Of a DNA stretch of 38,139 nucleotides, positions 25,051-37,149 are shown one piece after another (position 1 is the stretch's first letter; each line of letters begins with the position of its first letter). This DNA is from Catajapyx aquilonaris (Eukaryota), in NCBI GenBank assembly GCA_000934665.2, contig KZ538981.1, positions 1 through 38,139 of the forward strand, given 5' to 3'. The notes beneath the pieces are model-generated. The model saw nothing but the letters and a program-made list of their open reading frames with translations, was not told the origin of the DNA and made no database searches. A program made the translations under genes and the position numbers.

Positions 25051-27065
25051 TAGAATGGCGCTGAGTGCAATACGAGTACAGTAATGTACATACCAACATA
25101 CTAATTTGCTGGGCATTAGACGTGTCACTCGACTGCATAATATATTATTTATTATTTCCCAGACACCTATGCTTTTGGCCATCAGGTGCTTTCGCGTCCC
25201 TCCCTGTGACCCGTATACTATAGGTTCGTAGCTTTGGGCCAGAAGATGTCACATTTTTAGCATCATGGCAATCATTATCCGAAAAGAAGAAGCCGTATCG
25301 ACGCGACGCACTTGTCAGGCATCTTTTTTCGCTTTGAATGACTCATGTTCCGACTTGGGCCACCAGCATTGCCTGCATGCCTCACCCTTTGTCATGAGAC
25401 TCCTCTCTCTTCACACTGTCTTCTCATGGAGATATATGGTGTGACTAACCACAAGGCACCGCATATTACTCTGTGGCAGCTTTCACTAATATAGAGATCC
25501 GTCAATTGAATCATGATTCGTAGATGGGGGTACAGGGTGAATCAAAAGGAGGGGGGAGAGGAAGGAGCACTCCTAAAGGACGGTTGGCAGGGAAGACTTT
25601 GAATCCAACATATGAGATCATCGTTCGCTCTCTCATTCGATTCTTGTTATTTGATTAGGAGGAGCCGAAGCAGCAGCTCTCTGGCTATCATTGAAGAAGA
25701 TACGAAGGTGGTAGAGATGAAAACAGAATTGAAGAGAAGAATAAGAAGAGAGGAAAGAGTGGAATCCCTCTTTGTCTGCCTCTTACCCCAAAGACCTGAC
25801 CTTCTTGCAAGATCCCAGAAGAGTGTGAAACTACTGCAGGGTGCCGCGCACATTATAATATACAGTATATGCAATTATTATCGTTATGAACTAAATAAAC
25901 TTATTCCACCTTCCACTACGTTTACGCCATGTTCAACGTAGTAATCTTCAAGACGACTGCTATATAGCTATGATGCGACTAGCAGTAGTATACCTAACGC
26001 CTGCAATATTTCTAGAGGAATTATTATACACGTCACAAACCAGCTATAGTGAAAACCTGACAACACTTTTGCACCGGTATAAAGCGACGCAATACGACAC
26101 TTGAAGAGGATTTGCACCAATCGCCGTTTGAACAGCCATAAGTTTGTTGATGACCAGGTGGCATCATTTCGAACATGACATCGCCATAAAAGGACATCTC
26201 TTACATAACGTGACGCCATCCAAATACATAATTATGCCATAATTATGTCCTCGGTATGATCCACGTGCTCTCACTTTCTATCGGACATGGACGACCTCAA
26301 TGATTGTTGGACCAGCTCACATTGACGCGTCGTATGGTAGTGTGTAAAGTGAAGTACACAAAAGGGCCATTTTTTAAACCTTTATATGAAAATCTAACGG
26401 GAAGAGGGACGGAAAAGAGGAGAACTGGGCAGATTTTCTCTCTTATACTGTCTTTCTGTCTCCTACCCCACAAAGACCTTTTAGCGACCACGTCGGAATT
26501 CTGAAGTCGCAGGATTTGAGCACATTGTTACGCCATTAGGACCCCTCATTTAACATACACACTATACACTAAGCTGTTGCCTTCTTGCGTCTGTCAAATA
26601 TGAAGGTGCGACTCTCCAACACAATACTCCATCCATATCATCACGGCTAGCACAAACACCACCTGGTTTTGTCGCATCAACATTACAATAATATGTGTCC
26701 AGTCCATCAGTTGGAACAAGTTTTCACCAGAAGGAGACCGCACTTGTTTCTTGGCAGAAATAAAGCCACTTTGTAAATTAAAATAATGGTGTGTTGTGCT
26801 TCACTGATGCGGTCAAGTCATATCAGAGACACTTTTGTAGAATAAATTATGTTTAAATACCGAAACCTGTCCAAAAAGGATGTGAAGGGGGCACACTCAG
26901 CAACAGACAGGCACCTGCGGAATTAGACCTAGGAAAACGACCATTTATTAATAATATTATTCAAATCCTTGTTTCTAGATGGAATTCGGAACCACTTTCT
27001 TAATGGTCTACCCTCGTATATACACCTGCATTTCATCCTTCGAATCAGGGTATGATCAGGGCCGA

Positions 27066-27153
<88 letters not shown>

Positions 27154-28877
27154 GTAGTCTAATGTTATTAAACCTGCTCTGATGTGACTGCAGGGGAATG
27201 GTTTATTACTCAATTATAGCTGACCAATCAGCAAAATATTTCATTGCATTGGCCAGTCGAGATGGTATACTGTATACTATACACTATGGCCATCGCTGGC
27301 TACCCCATGAATGAACGAATGAAGACGATATTGTGAGCTTGCAGCACTCCACACAAAATCCGGATTACGACTTGCAGGACATGATCATTGCTAATATCTG
27401 GCCTGTTTAATTGAACAACTTTTTTTAATCCGACATCAGAACATTTGACGGGGAAGCGATGATAACTGAAAATATGCATCGCCTTAAGTATTTTATTTTA
27501 AAACAAATAGGGCGTTAATGCTCGTCATTAGCTGCTGTGTAATGTTAATGACATTCGGCAAGCCTAGAATCAACCACTCATAACGGGCAAGCATTATGAT
27601 TAAACTTCCGCTTAGAACATCCCCGATGGAACGAAATATTAAATTCTATACGTATAATTAATCCTTTAACTGCCGGGGATTTAACGGCTGGTAATAATTA
27701 GCCGACTTCAGACCACAGCAATTCTTCAGCAATGATAAGCACTAGTTTTCAAGCCACATCATGGATTATTTCATTAGGCCGCCTATTATAGGACAACCAT
27801 TGAAATTTGGGTTATTCGAAAGAAAATGCATACATATAATTAGTGTTAGTGGCAAGAAATCGCCTGGCACACTGGAACACCCTGCATTGTACTGTATTAT
27901 TCAAGTACTACACGAGCATCAGTCACCATCCGATAACATCTACTTCACCAGTATTAATACGGAACCTGCCTGTAATTATTATTCTGATCACCAGAAAATA
28001 TGTTAAATAGCGCTGTAAGTACGTTATACCTTTCCCAGTTTTAGTTCATGTTCCCCTGCACTTCTCCTCCTTGTCTCCTCTCAACCTATGACCTCCGGTG
28101 ACCATCGGGTCAACCGGCCCTCGTTCTAGATGAGGAAAGAGTGTCCAGACAGACACACACTACACACCCGCCTCTGAGGAGAACCACACCTCGAATGGAA
28201 CGAACTCGAGAGAATAACAAGTTTGTGTCAACAACCCCTCACTGGGGGCCCGTCGCCATGGCCACGGGAAGAAAAGGAACAAAAACAACTGAATGCGATC
28301 GAATGTTTTAATTTCGAGTTGGCAACAATGCTTGGCGCCGACCACTGTTTCCAACAGGTCTATTTTGTTGCGCTAAAAGGCTTTGAGAGTGTTCCAGACA
28401 CAACACTGTCCCACATCGCATATGGAAAAAATAACTGCCGTATAGTTAGATTAATGATCATCGAACATTACATTGCGATTTAATAGTGCCGACATTTTCA
28501 ACTGGCAGCGACATTCAGTTGTCACTATTCCGCGCTGTTGGCATCCTGCGTTGTTGTAAACAATCCCCCCCGATTGTTGTGCCCCCCCCCCCCTCCCGTC
28601 TCCCTTGGCAACCGCGTTCCAAACAGTCGACCGAATGATCTTGAACCTGTCATTCGAACGCCAGCTCATCGAGGTCACAGCCAGGTCAAGGTCACAGCTT
28701 GGACAACAGGGAGTTCCAAATCAGTCCAGCGGATGATGCTGGCTGGAACGGAACATATTATATTTCTGGAGTGCCACGTAAGTCAAAGTGGAGGCATAGG
28801 TCAGAGGTCAGCTCAGTATACTCTGCAGTAGTCGGATGCACATACCTTTCGACTATTTTGAGATGATTAATGATCAT

Positions 28878-29798
28878 TTGTTGGCCAGCTGCACGCGTCG
28901 CTGCCACGTCGCACTAATTATTGCAAAGTGAACTGTAACTGTGTCGTCTTATCCTATATCGTTACGATAATGTCTTCTCAAATATTCCGTACATAACATT
29001 CGTCTGATTGTGAGTGTGAGGCGCGATCAATAACTTTGTCTGCTCCTCCGATATTTTTGTGACCTTTATGGTCTTTTATTTTTACTGAAGGTGTTTGGTA
29101 AGTGATCGGTGACATTTTGTCCAGGAATGATAAACTGGACCATGTGTAGCTCTATATGTCAGCATTGTTGAGAAGGGAGTGCTGGCACCCACCCGATCCA
29201 GTTCATGTCGTATCTGTGCGTAGGTATGACGTACGACGCCCATTGTTATCGTGGAACTGTCCGGAACGAGAGGACACAGCAGCAGCAGTTTCCTCCGTTG
29301 CCATGGAAAACCGACCACTGTTTGTCAACACTCGGAACATTCCGTTCGAGTGTAGTGTTCCATTTGGTTTGCTGGCAGACCTGTCCCATGTCGAGGTCGG
29401 TGCTGCTGTCTTGGTGCTACTGCTGTCTCCTGGTCCGTGGTTTATTAAAAGGAAGTTTTTTTTCTCCCCCTGCTGCACAGCAGACAATATCGGAGCATCA
29501 GTTGGTTGAAGGTAGCGGTAAAATTTCGTCTCAGGAATAGTTTCCATCATTCTCTATTAAGGTTTGTACTCCTGACCCAATATGATGACTGATACTCGCG
29601 TCGTTTGGTATGTTACAATCGTATGATCGGTGTCGGCGCAGCTTTCCCCTAATATTTCCTTCCAGGTGTGTCTCGCGGATATCCGCACTCGTAGGACTTG
29701 TATGGATTATGGCGATAATATTTTAAGGCAACATAAGCTTGATTATTGCAGAAGTGGTTCAACTCGAATGCTGTAAAAGAATATTATGCTGAGACATC
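28878..29798 (-). pseudogene. Triplicated unit, copy 1 (OTU-like relic)
   Basis: Colinear homology with 29964-31107 and 35187-36237 (e.g. ACTGAAGGTGTTTGG, GGAGCATCAGT, TACTCCTGACCCAA, TCGTTTGGT, TCCAGGT, AAGCTT). Minus-strand peptide GVQTLIENDGNY. The repeat is certain; the OTU call is inferred. Confidence 0.55.
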
Positions 29799-29963
29799 AT
29801 GATTATCATCATCAATATCATATCTGCTGCAGGTGCAGTTCCACGCAGTTCCTATATTGAGACGCAAACCGCAGCCAAGATAATGGTGCTGTTTGTCTTC
29901 ATAATGTATTCATAATGTGTTCTAAACAGGCATTTCAGGGGTTGCGTGTTGGTCAAAGGGTGA

Positions 29964-31860
29964 TTGTTGGTCAGCTGCCACGTCACATTTGGTTTGACAA
30001 ATGGAGAGTCGTCTTATCCTATCGGCTGGAAGGTTTTTACTGTATTTCCTATACGTATAAAGGGGACTTGAGAAAGCATAATATTGAAGGGTTGACTCCG
30101 CCTATAGGAGGTCATACAGCCAAAAAGCCCCGCTATTTATTTAAAAAGAAGCACAGCAAAGAGGACTATTGCCAATACGTATATAGCATCTGAATTTCAG
30201 TAAAAGTTGTCTGACCCTGAGGAGCGATCCATTCACATTGTTCCACGATCTCTGTTCCTCCGAGGTCAGTCTTCACTATTCGTCTGTTTGGACATTACTT
30301 ATTCTCTCGTCTTCTTTTTTACTGAAGGTGTTTGGCAAGCGGATGTTTGCTGACGGTCGGTGGAGTCATTTACACTGGTCTGCCAAACTATACTTCCCGC
30401 ACACGCTAGGTGGCTATACTATATGTGAGCATTATTGAGAAGCAAGTGCTGCGGGCACCCGATCCAGTTGTTCACCTCGTGTCTGGGCGTAATATTATGA
30501 ACCCATTGTTATATGGTGGAACTTTCCGGAATGCGAGTGTCCTCCGTTGGCATATGGAAACCGAAGGTGTCAACACTCAGGCGACTGGGATAATATTGTT
30601 CAGTGTTCCATTACAATGGAAAATAATTATTTTGAAGGGGTTTCGTGCAGTCCTGCGTCCCACGTCGAGGTTCTACAGGTACAGCAGTAGCTATATACTA
30701 CTCTCTACTGGTCCGTGGTTTTGGACGGAAGTTTTTTTTCTTCCTGCTCCACAGAAACGGTCGGAGCATCAGTTGGAGTTGAATGCTGTGGTAAAATATA
30801 TCGTCTTGGTCTAGGTACGTAATAGAAAATCGTTTCGCTGGTGTTCAATGAAATGAACTAGGGTTGTATTACTCCTGACCCAAGATGATGACTGATACTC
30901 GAGTCGTTTGGTGTGGTATGGTATGATGTGTGCTGCTGCATTCTCCTAATTTCCCTCCAGGTCAGGTGTGTATCGCGAACAGCCGCACTCGCAGGATTTG
31001 TATTGAATGATTACAATAATATTGGCCGATAAGGCAACGTAAGCTTAGTTGTTATTGTAAAAGTAGTTCAACTCTAATGCGGTAAAATAATATTCTGCCG
31101 AGACATCGTCAACATGGTAATAAAGCGCCTGAAGAACTGCTTCCTTTTGTCACGTCCAGCACATGATTATATAGATAACTCCCGGCGCAATTAATTCCTA
31201 ACTTCCACCTTATTGCTGTATGCATATACGAGTCATTGTGTGTACATGTATTAACTGCGATTATGATACTTCCTGAAACGCTGTATACTAAACCGCTGGG
31301 CTGCATGCATGCGAGTGTGTCTTTCAATAATAATTGACGTGACTCCATAATATGTGTTTCATTAGAATAATTCTAATGAAATACATATTATGGAGTCACG
31401 TCAAGCCTAGAAAATACAGCTACACAATTATTGTGTAGCTGTATTTTCTAGGCTTCAGTCGCATTGACGATAAATATTCATCACACGACTCAACGCATCA
31501 GTTGGTCGCATCTCAACATGGACAAAATGTAACACACCGTCATTTTTGCCCGAGTTCATTCCCGTATACGTTATTCTTCATGCAAGAATCCGTAATATTT
31601 CGGGCCAATATTTTTAGCGCCGGTTTCTATTAGTGCGGTGTGAATTACAGTGAATACATTTCACTACAATCTGCATGTCCAACATGATAACATTAATAAT
31701 AATAAAAAGAATCGTCCCCGGGTGGGTTAGGAGGTGTGGACTAACGAATGAGTCCAGACAAAATAAAATCAATAGTCTACTAATAAGGTCGGTGTTTTCG
31801 AGCAACAATACGTGATCATTTCGCATGTCTGTTGCTTTCGAGCGGCTTTTTTTGTCCACC
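29964..31860 (-). pseudogene. Triplicated unit, copy 2, with an upstream second OTU-like segment
   Basis: Homologous to copies 1 and 3, and homology with copy 3 continues to ~31800. Peptides FTVIHTALIET...EILRIL (31570-31690) and NNGFIIL...HEVNNWIGCPQHLLL. Confidence 0.5.
31334..31455. repeat. Two abutting hairpins (35-bp and 26-bp arms, 1-nt centres)
   Basis: 31334-31404 is centred on A31369 (one mismatch) and 31403-31455 on T31429 (perfect). They overlap by AA. Confidence 0.95.
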
Positions 31861-32249
31861 AGAGACTTTGCGCAAGTGCCCTCGAGATGAGCTATTTAAA
31901 AACCTTCTTGTATGTCGCCTAGAGTAGTAATATTTTTACTCTATGGTCCAACTCCAATGTAGGAAATAAGAAATATGTGCCTCCTGTTGAAAAATGAGAA
32001 TGATTTATCCTTATACTTCCTTAGTCAGAGCTTTGTTATATCGGAACAAAGTTTGTCTTCTCATATCTTGATTGAGAATAATAAATTATTATTATTCTCC
32101 TCCGATTCCGGTCTTTTCAGCTTATGTTTTGAAAAGGATATAACATGCTGCATCACATGGCAGTCCTTGTGTATGGTATGTGCAGAATACAATAAATGAG
32201 GTGTCATCATGTTTTGCACATTTTTAAAATAATATATTCCTGGCTGGTT

Positions 32250-32720
32250 TAAATTCAGTTGCAATGCATAGATTGTTGCTAGTTTTCTGAATCTTACAAT
32301 GTCCCTGTCCGCCTCTCCACTCTCAGGTTTCCATGTAAAGGGGCCAGATGTAAGTTACATAAGACTTTCTAGAACGCTAGGTCAACAGTCACAATCATGT
32401 GCCAGCCTGTACAGCAGCATCAGGTCTGCGGAACTATAGTTAATTTGCACTGGTGTGTTAGTAAACCGTTCACACAGTCGCTTTACAAGTGGATTTCATT
32501 AATAATATTAATACTTTTAAGCAGGGAGAATATGAACGTTGCCAGGTGTAATGCAGGGTCGTTGGAGCTCACAGGATGGTGTGAGTTGTTGGCTTCATAC
32601 ATATCATTGCCATACATCAGCTGCACGTTCCGATCAAACTGAGCAATAGCTTTGTTGTTGTCGGCCGTTTCCTAACCGTGTGACCTTTTCAAGTGTTCCG
32701 TGCACACCACACACATTCTT
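32250..32720 (-). pseudogene. Vertnin-like OTU relic
   Basis: ETADNN...RNVQLMYGND, then INYSSADLMLLYRLAH. INYSS is shared with the 17.8-18.3 kb relic. Confidence 0.45.
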
Positions 32721-32824
32721 GAGTGGCGATTCATTCTTGGGTAGTGTCACCTGATGAGAACAAGACAGTGACAGAGGTAGGTCTGTCCAGAGTTTGAATA
32801 ATACTGACTTGTGCTGGTGGTGTA

Positions 32825-33035
32825 CAGTCGGCTCAAGGAGTAAGTTGCCAGACCCCTATTTTGAAATTAGCCTCCAACAGAGGTGCTGCCTAGGGGAGTG
32901 AGATTTATTGTATCTTTGGGAAGCAGCACCTCTGTTCTTCCCAAAGATACAATAAATCTCACTCCCCTAGGCAGCACCTCTGTTGTAGGCTCATTTCAAA
33001 ATAGGGGTCTGGCAACTTACTCCTTGAGCCGACTG
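32825..33035. mobile_element. Young Tc1/mariner-type palindromic MITE (211 bp)
   Basis: CAGTCGGCTCAAGGAG...CTCCTTGAGCCGACTG, ~99-bp near-perfect arms, TA on both sides. Confidence 0.92.
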
Positions 33036-33607
33036 TACGTCCATGATACTTGCTCTATAGGGCTGCGGTATACACATTCTTCCAATGTGAGTATTATGAT
33101 CATAATTATCTTAACTATCATTGAGGAGGAGTGTTTCGAGCCAATCCTTCGATGGAAGTTCTCATATTATAGAGGTTTAGTCAGACATGCGACTCTAATC
33201 TGTGTCCAAATTTTGGTACTAATAAGACAGAAGAAAGCATTTTAAAATGTGGCGAATATATTTTATTAATCATTATTCTTATCTTGTCGTTTTATGTGCA
33301 TTTCATTTTATTCTGTGTAATAATATTATTATAATTATAGTCTAGTTCCACAATCAATTCCTGTTTTGCCACATCAATGACCGGCATCGCACTTCGGAAT
33401 ATGTTACTCTGTAGTGTGTAATTGATCACTCTTCGCCTTCTTGATTACATATTACCTGCTGCAAATCCAGCTGCGGTTTCCTGTTTGTCCAGACTATTGC
33501 AAACAAACCCGAATTGTTTTCCTCCGTATCTCTTGGCAACACCGCGTTCCAAGTAGGCATTTCAGCCAATGGCCGCGAGTGTTAGCTGGTCAATAATAAT
33601 AATAATA

Positions 33608-33678
<71 letters not shown>

Positions 33679-34380
33679 CGGCGAGTCCGCCATAAGCAAG
33701 CAAACCCGTTTGTAATTATTGCATTCATCAGATGGTGATTCGATGCTGGTCGTAAACTTTATCCAAAAGCAGTAGTTTGCAGTCGTGCACTGAGTCAGTG
33801 ACTCTCACATAAGTCAAATATGAATAAAAAATATTATTGCTTAGACAAGAATGGGAGAGGGAGATGAAAAAGGCTAAAACTGAGGTGTCACAACGTCAAT
33901 TTAGAGAGATCCTCGCGGCGAAGTACTCGGTTTTTATTTCACTGAAAGGAATTCGTCTGATCTTTTGTGGTGTTTTAGCAAATGACCTCGCTTTAGCGTT
34001 GCATTAAGTGCAGAGATCATTTTCCCCTATACTTATGCCCGTTCTCCATCGGACTCATTGTTATCTTTCTTCGGCATTGATGGACATGCATATCCTGCCG
34101 TCTCTGGTCGTAGTCTCGACTCTGCTGGTGGAGGCTGCAATATATTATGTTGGTCCAGACACGACTCATCATCAATGCCTGCAAAACATTTTCATCCACA
34201 TAATGGTATATACCGTAAGTATATAGTTATGTGGGAGAATCAAGAGTGTGTGAGCCTGAGAGCACACCCACCATCACGCGAGATGAGGTAAGGTCAACCC
34301 GACTTTGGTCGACCGATTCTTCCTTGGTCTGAGGAATGGACCTGATTCACTCAAAACAGAATCAGAGTGCATGGAGTATA

Positions 34381-34748
34381 TATATATATATATACTGTAT
34401 ATATATATTATTTTTTTAATAATTGGGTGTAGGCGTACCCCTATTGGGGTTTTGCCGGACCTTTATTATTAATTGTCAGTTACAACTGGATCCTACTTAT
34501 ACAGCGCCCGGGCCCACGGGCAGGAAGGGATGACAGGAGGGGATGTGCAAGTGCAGTGCCTTGTCCGCATGTGGCCGTTTTGTGAGCTCCCCCGGGTGGA
34601 TTAGTCTACGGATATTCCACCCTAGACGAAGTCAGAGACGACACTTTACTCTGCACGAGATGAAGGGGGTGTCCCCGGGCCGGGATCGAACCCGGGACCT
34701 TAACATCCGTGGGCGCGAACGTTACCGTTGCGCCACTTCGCCTCCCCT
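34381..34748 (-). mobile_element. tRNA-derived SINE with 15-bp TSD
   Basis: Minus-strand head has an A box (TGGCGCAACGG) and B box (GGTTCGATCCC), with an A/TA-rich tail. AGTGCATGGAGTATA is duplicated at 34366-34380 and 34749-34763. Confidence 0.92.
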
Positions 34749-34903
34749 AGTGCATGGAGTATACGACATGTAGTACGTACATGCAGTGTTGACACGAGAT
34801 AATGCTCATTGGGACTGGCCACGAGAAGGCAGTGGCCACGATCCTCAGCCCTGGTGCTCGATTCGCTATGGCGACAAGCGGACAGTGCTCCAGGTGAAGC
34901 CTT

Positions 34904-35033
34904 GGGTGGAATTTTCGTCGCACTAATAGTTACTTTTAACTTAGCAGTACCATTAGCTCTTGGCAGTACCAGTGTAATTCAATGGTACTGCTAAGTTAAA
35001 AGTAACTATAGTAGTACGACGAAAATTCCACCC
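34904..35033. mobile_element. 130-bp MITE with GGG termini and 3-bp TSD (PIF/Harbinger-like)
   Basis: GGGTGGAATTTTCGTCG...CGACGAAAATTCCACCC with ~50-bp arms. CTT at 34901-34903 and 35034-35036. Confidence 0.8.
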
Positions 35034-35186
35034 CTTGTCCCTATAACCCTTCCTTTCCGTTTATCGTACACCAATAAAGTCTGTATGTGAAGCGATTCGT
35101 CAACCCTGACAGTGAGTGAAAGCTGTCATTATTATTATTATTATTATTGCAGGTTCAACGTGCGCTATATATTATGACGTTGTTGA

Positions 35187-36780
35187 TTGTTGGTCAGCTG
35201 CCCGTCCCTGCCACATCGCAGTATTATATTTATTGTTGCCAAATTGACAGCAAACTCTTATATTATCGCGGCAGGAAAGTCTTTATTTCCCTAAAGGCAT
35301 CTATTCCGATACTATTGGCCCAATCTGGGCCCAGTATAGTTTCGGAATTTCTATAACAGTCAACCGAGTGTGAGGCGCGATTCATATAAGACGCGTGTTG
35401 GTCAGCTCCTCCGAGATTATTATGTGACCCTATACTCCTCTCGTCTAATATTATCACTGAAGGTGTTTGGTAAAGTCGATATTTGCTGGTCGTTGAAGAC
35501 ATTGGTCCAGGTATGATAAACTGGATCATGTCGCGTTCCGGCCCATTTTGGGAATGCTTTGCACATGCCTTTGCGTCATAGGTGACCAAGTGCATGGCTC
35601 TATGTGAGCATTATTTAGAATGATGACAGGTGGAATGTGCTGGCACCCCATCCGGTTCACCTCGTGTCTGTGCGCCGTAAGTATTATGAAACTATTGTTG
35701 TCGTTTGGAACGCTCCTGAACGGCGCTAGGACACCTCCTCCGTTGGGATATAGAAACCGAAGGTGTCAACAGGAAGACAACTGGTTAAAATTCTAGTTCA
35801 GTGTTCCATGTGAATGGGTTTCGTGCAGCCCTGTCACACGTCCAGGTTCTTCTCCTTGTTGTGGTTTGGACGGGGATTTTTCCTGGTGCACATAAAAGAT
35901 AGGAGCATCAGTGTTGATTGAATGATGGGAGAAAAAATATCGTCTTGGGAAAATAATTTCGATCATTTCGATCGTGTTCAATGAAATGAAGGGGTTGTAC
36001 TCTTGACCCAAGATGATGACGGATACTCGCTTCGTTTGGTATGTTATGATGGTGGGTATACTGCTTTCCCCTAATTTCCCTCCAGGTGAGACGTGTACAC
36101 AGCTGCATGCACTCACAGTACTTGTGTAGAACATTGCAATAATATGGGCCGTTAATAAGTCAATATAAGCTTAATTTTTATCAGTACCGTAGTTCAGCTC
36201 TATCAGTTGGTGTCATAAGATATTCTTCCGAGGCATCGTTGTTAAATATAATTATCAACATCGTGATAAAAATTTATTGGGGAACATGATTGTATCTGAC
36301 AATCACCTTCTGTCATGTCCAGAACATGATGACGAATAACTACTCGGATTCCTCCTCTTCCACCTTGCTAAAACGTGGCCCTGCCCGGAATTGTGATCCA
36401 CAGCAGGTTCAGTCCGTTACGTGGCTTGTTGGCACATGACGATAAAATATTAAGGGTATAACATGCATCCCCGGCCTGTAGAAGAGTACCATCAATATTA
36501 AAATCGCCTTATTACACTGTTGGTGTGTACATTAGCATACAGTATTACATTGATGCAAGTTACAAAATAATGGATTTGATCCTGAGAAGTATACGTATGT
36601 GGCCCTGGTTCATGACTCCAACTGGTCAGCTCCTCGGCTCTTATTACCTCTGCTTTTCTGCTCGTCCACATCCTTCGCCTTCTTTGAGTAAGTTTGTGTC
36701 CGAGTGTGAATTTTGTCGGTCTCGTTGTGTTAAGGCAGAAATTACCAATCAAAATGGCGCACTTATTAGGTCGGTGAGGA
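35187..36780 (-). pseudogene. Triplicated unit, copy 3, apparent tandem two-OTU relic
   Basis: YTSQDQIHYFVTCINVILYANVHTNSVIRR (36500-36600), then VQPLHFIEHDRNDRNYFP, then RFLYPNGGG...NSFIILTAHRHEVNRMGCQH. Confidence 0.5.
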
Positions 36781-37149
36781 TTCTGATATCACTCCTGGAT
36801 ACGTACGTCATACTGGCCTATAATTAGCCGTGTACGGTATACGTCTCAAGTATCACACAGCCTCCCCGAAACCGAACCAGGTCCGGAACAGGCTCTCTGT
36901 CTGTCTCTCTTTAATTGGTTAGGCATTGTGTTGCCATCCAGGTTGTCGATTGACTTCTTATTGACAGAAGAACATGGCAGTGAGGACAGCTTTCACAACA
37001 GAGAATGGAAATGGTGCAAATAGGGTGTGGACTGAAAGTATACTATATGCACTGAAGGCAATATAACAATAATTTATTGTGTGTTGGGATACCAATAATT
37101 TAGTACCGGTAGTCGACTAGTGTGGAAGGAGATAAAGAACGGCCATCCG

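Noticed and set aside
25531..25550. TACAGGGTGAATCAAAAGG as a Tc1/mariner left end
   Set aside because: No matching right TIR found, and it lies inside the paralogous unit shared with ~3.1 kb.
34665..34748. Possible tRNA gene
   Set aside because: No proper acceptor stem or terminator; it is the head of a TSD-flanked SINE.
35990..36030. VSVIILGQEYNP resembling the uracil-DNA glycosylase VVILGQDPY motif
   Set aside because: No other UDG motif follows, and the adjacent frame fits the OTU-like reading better.
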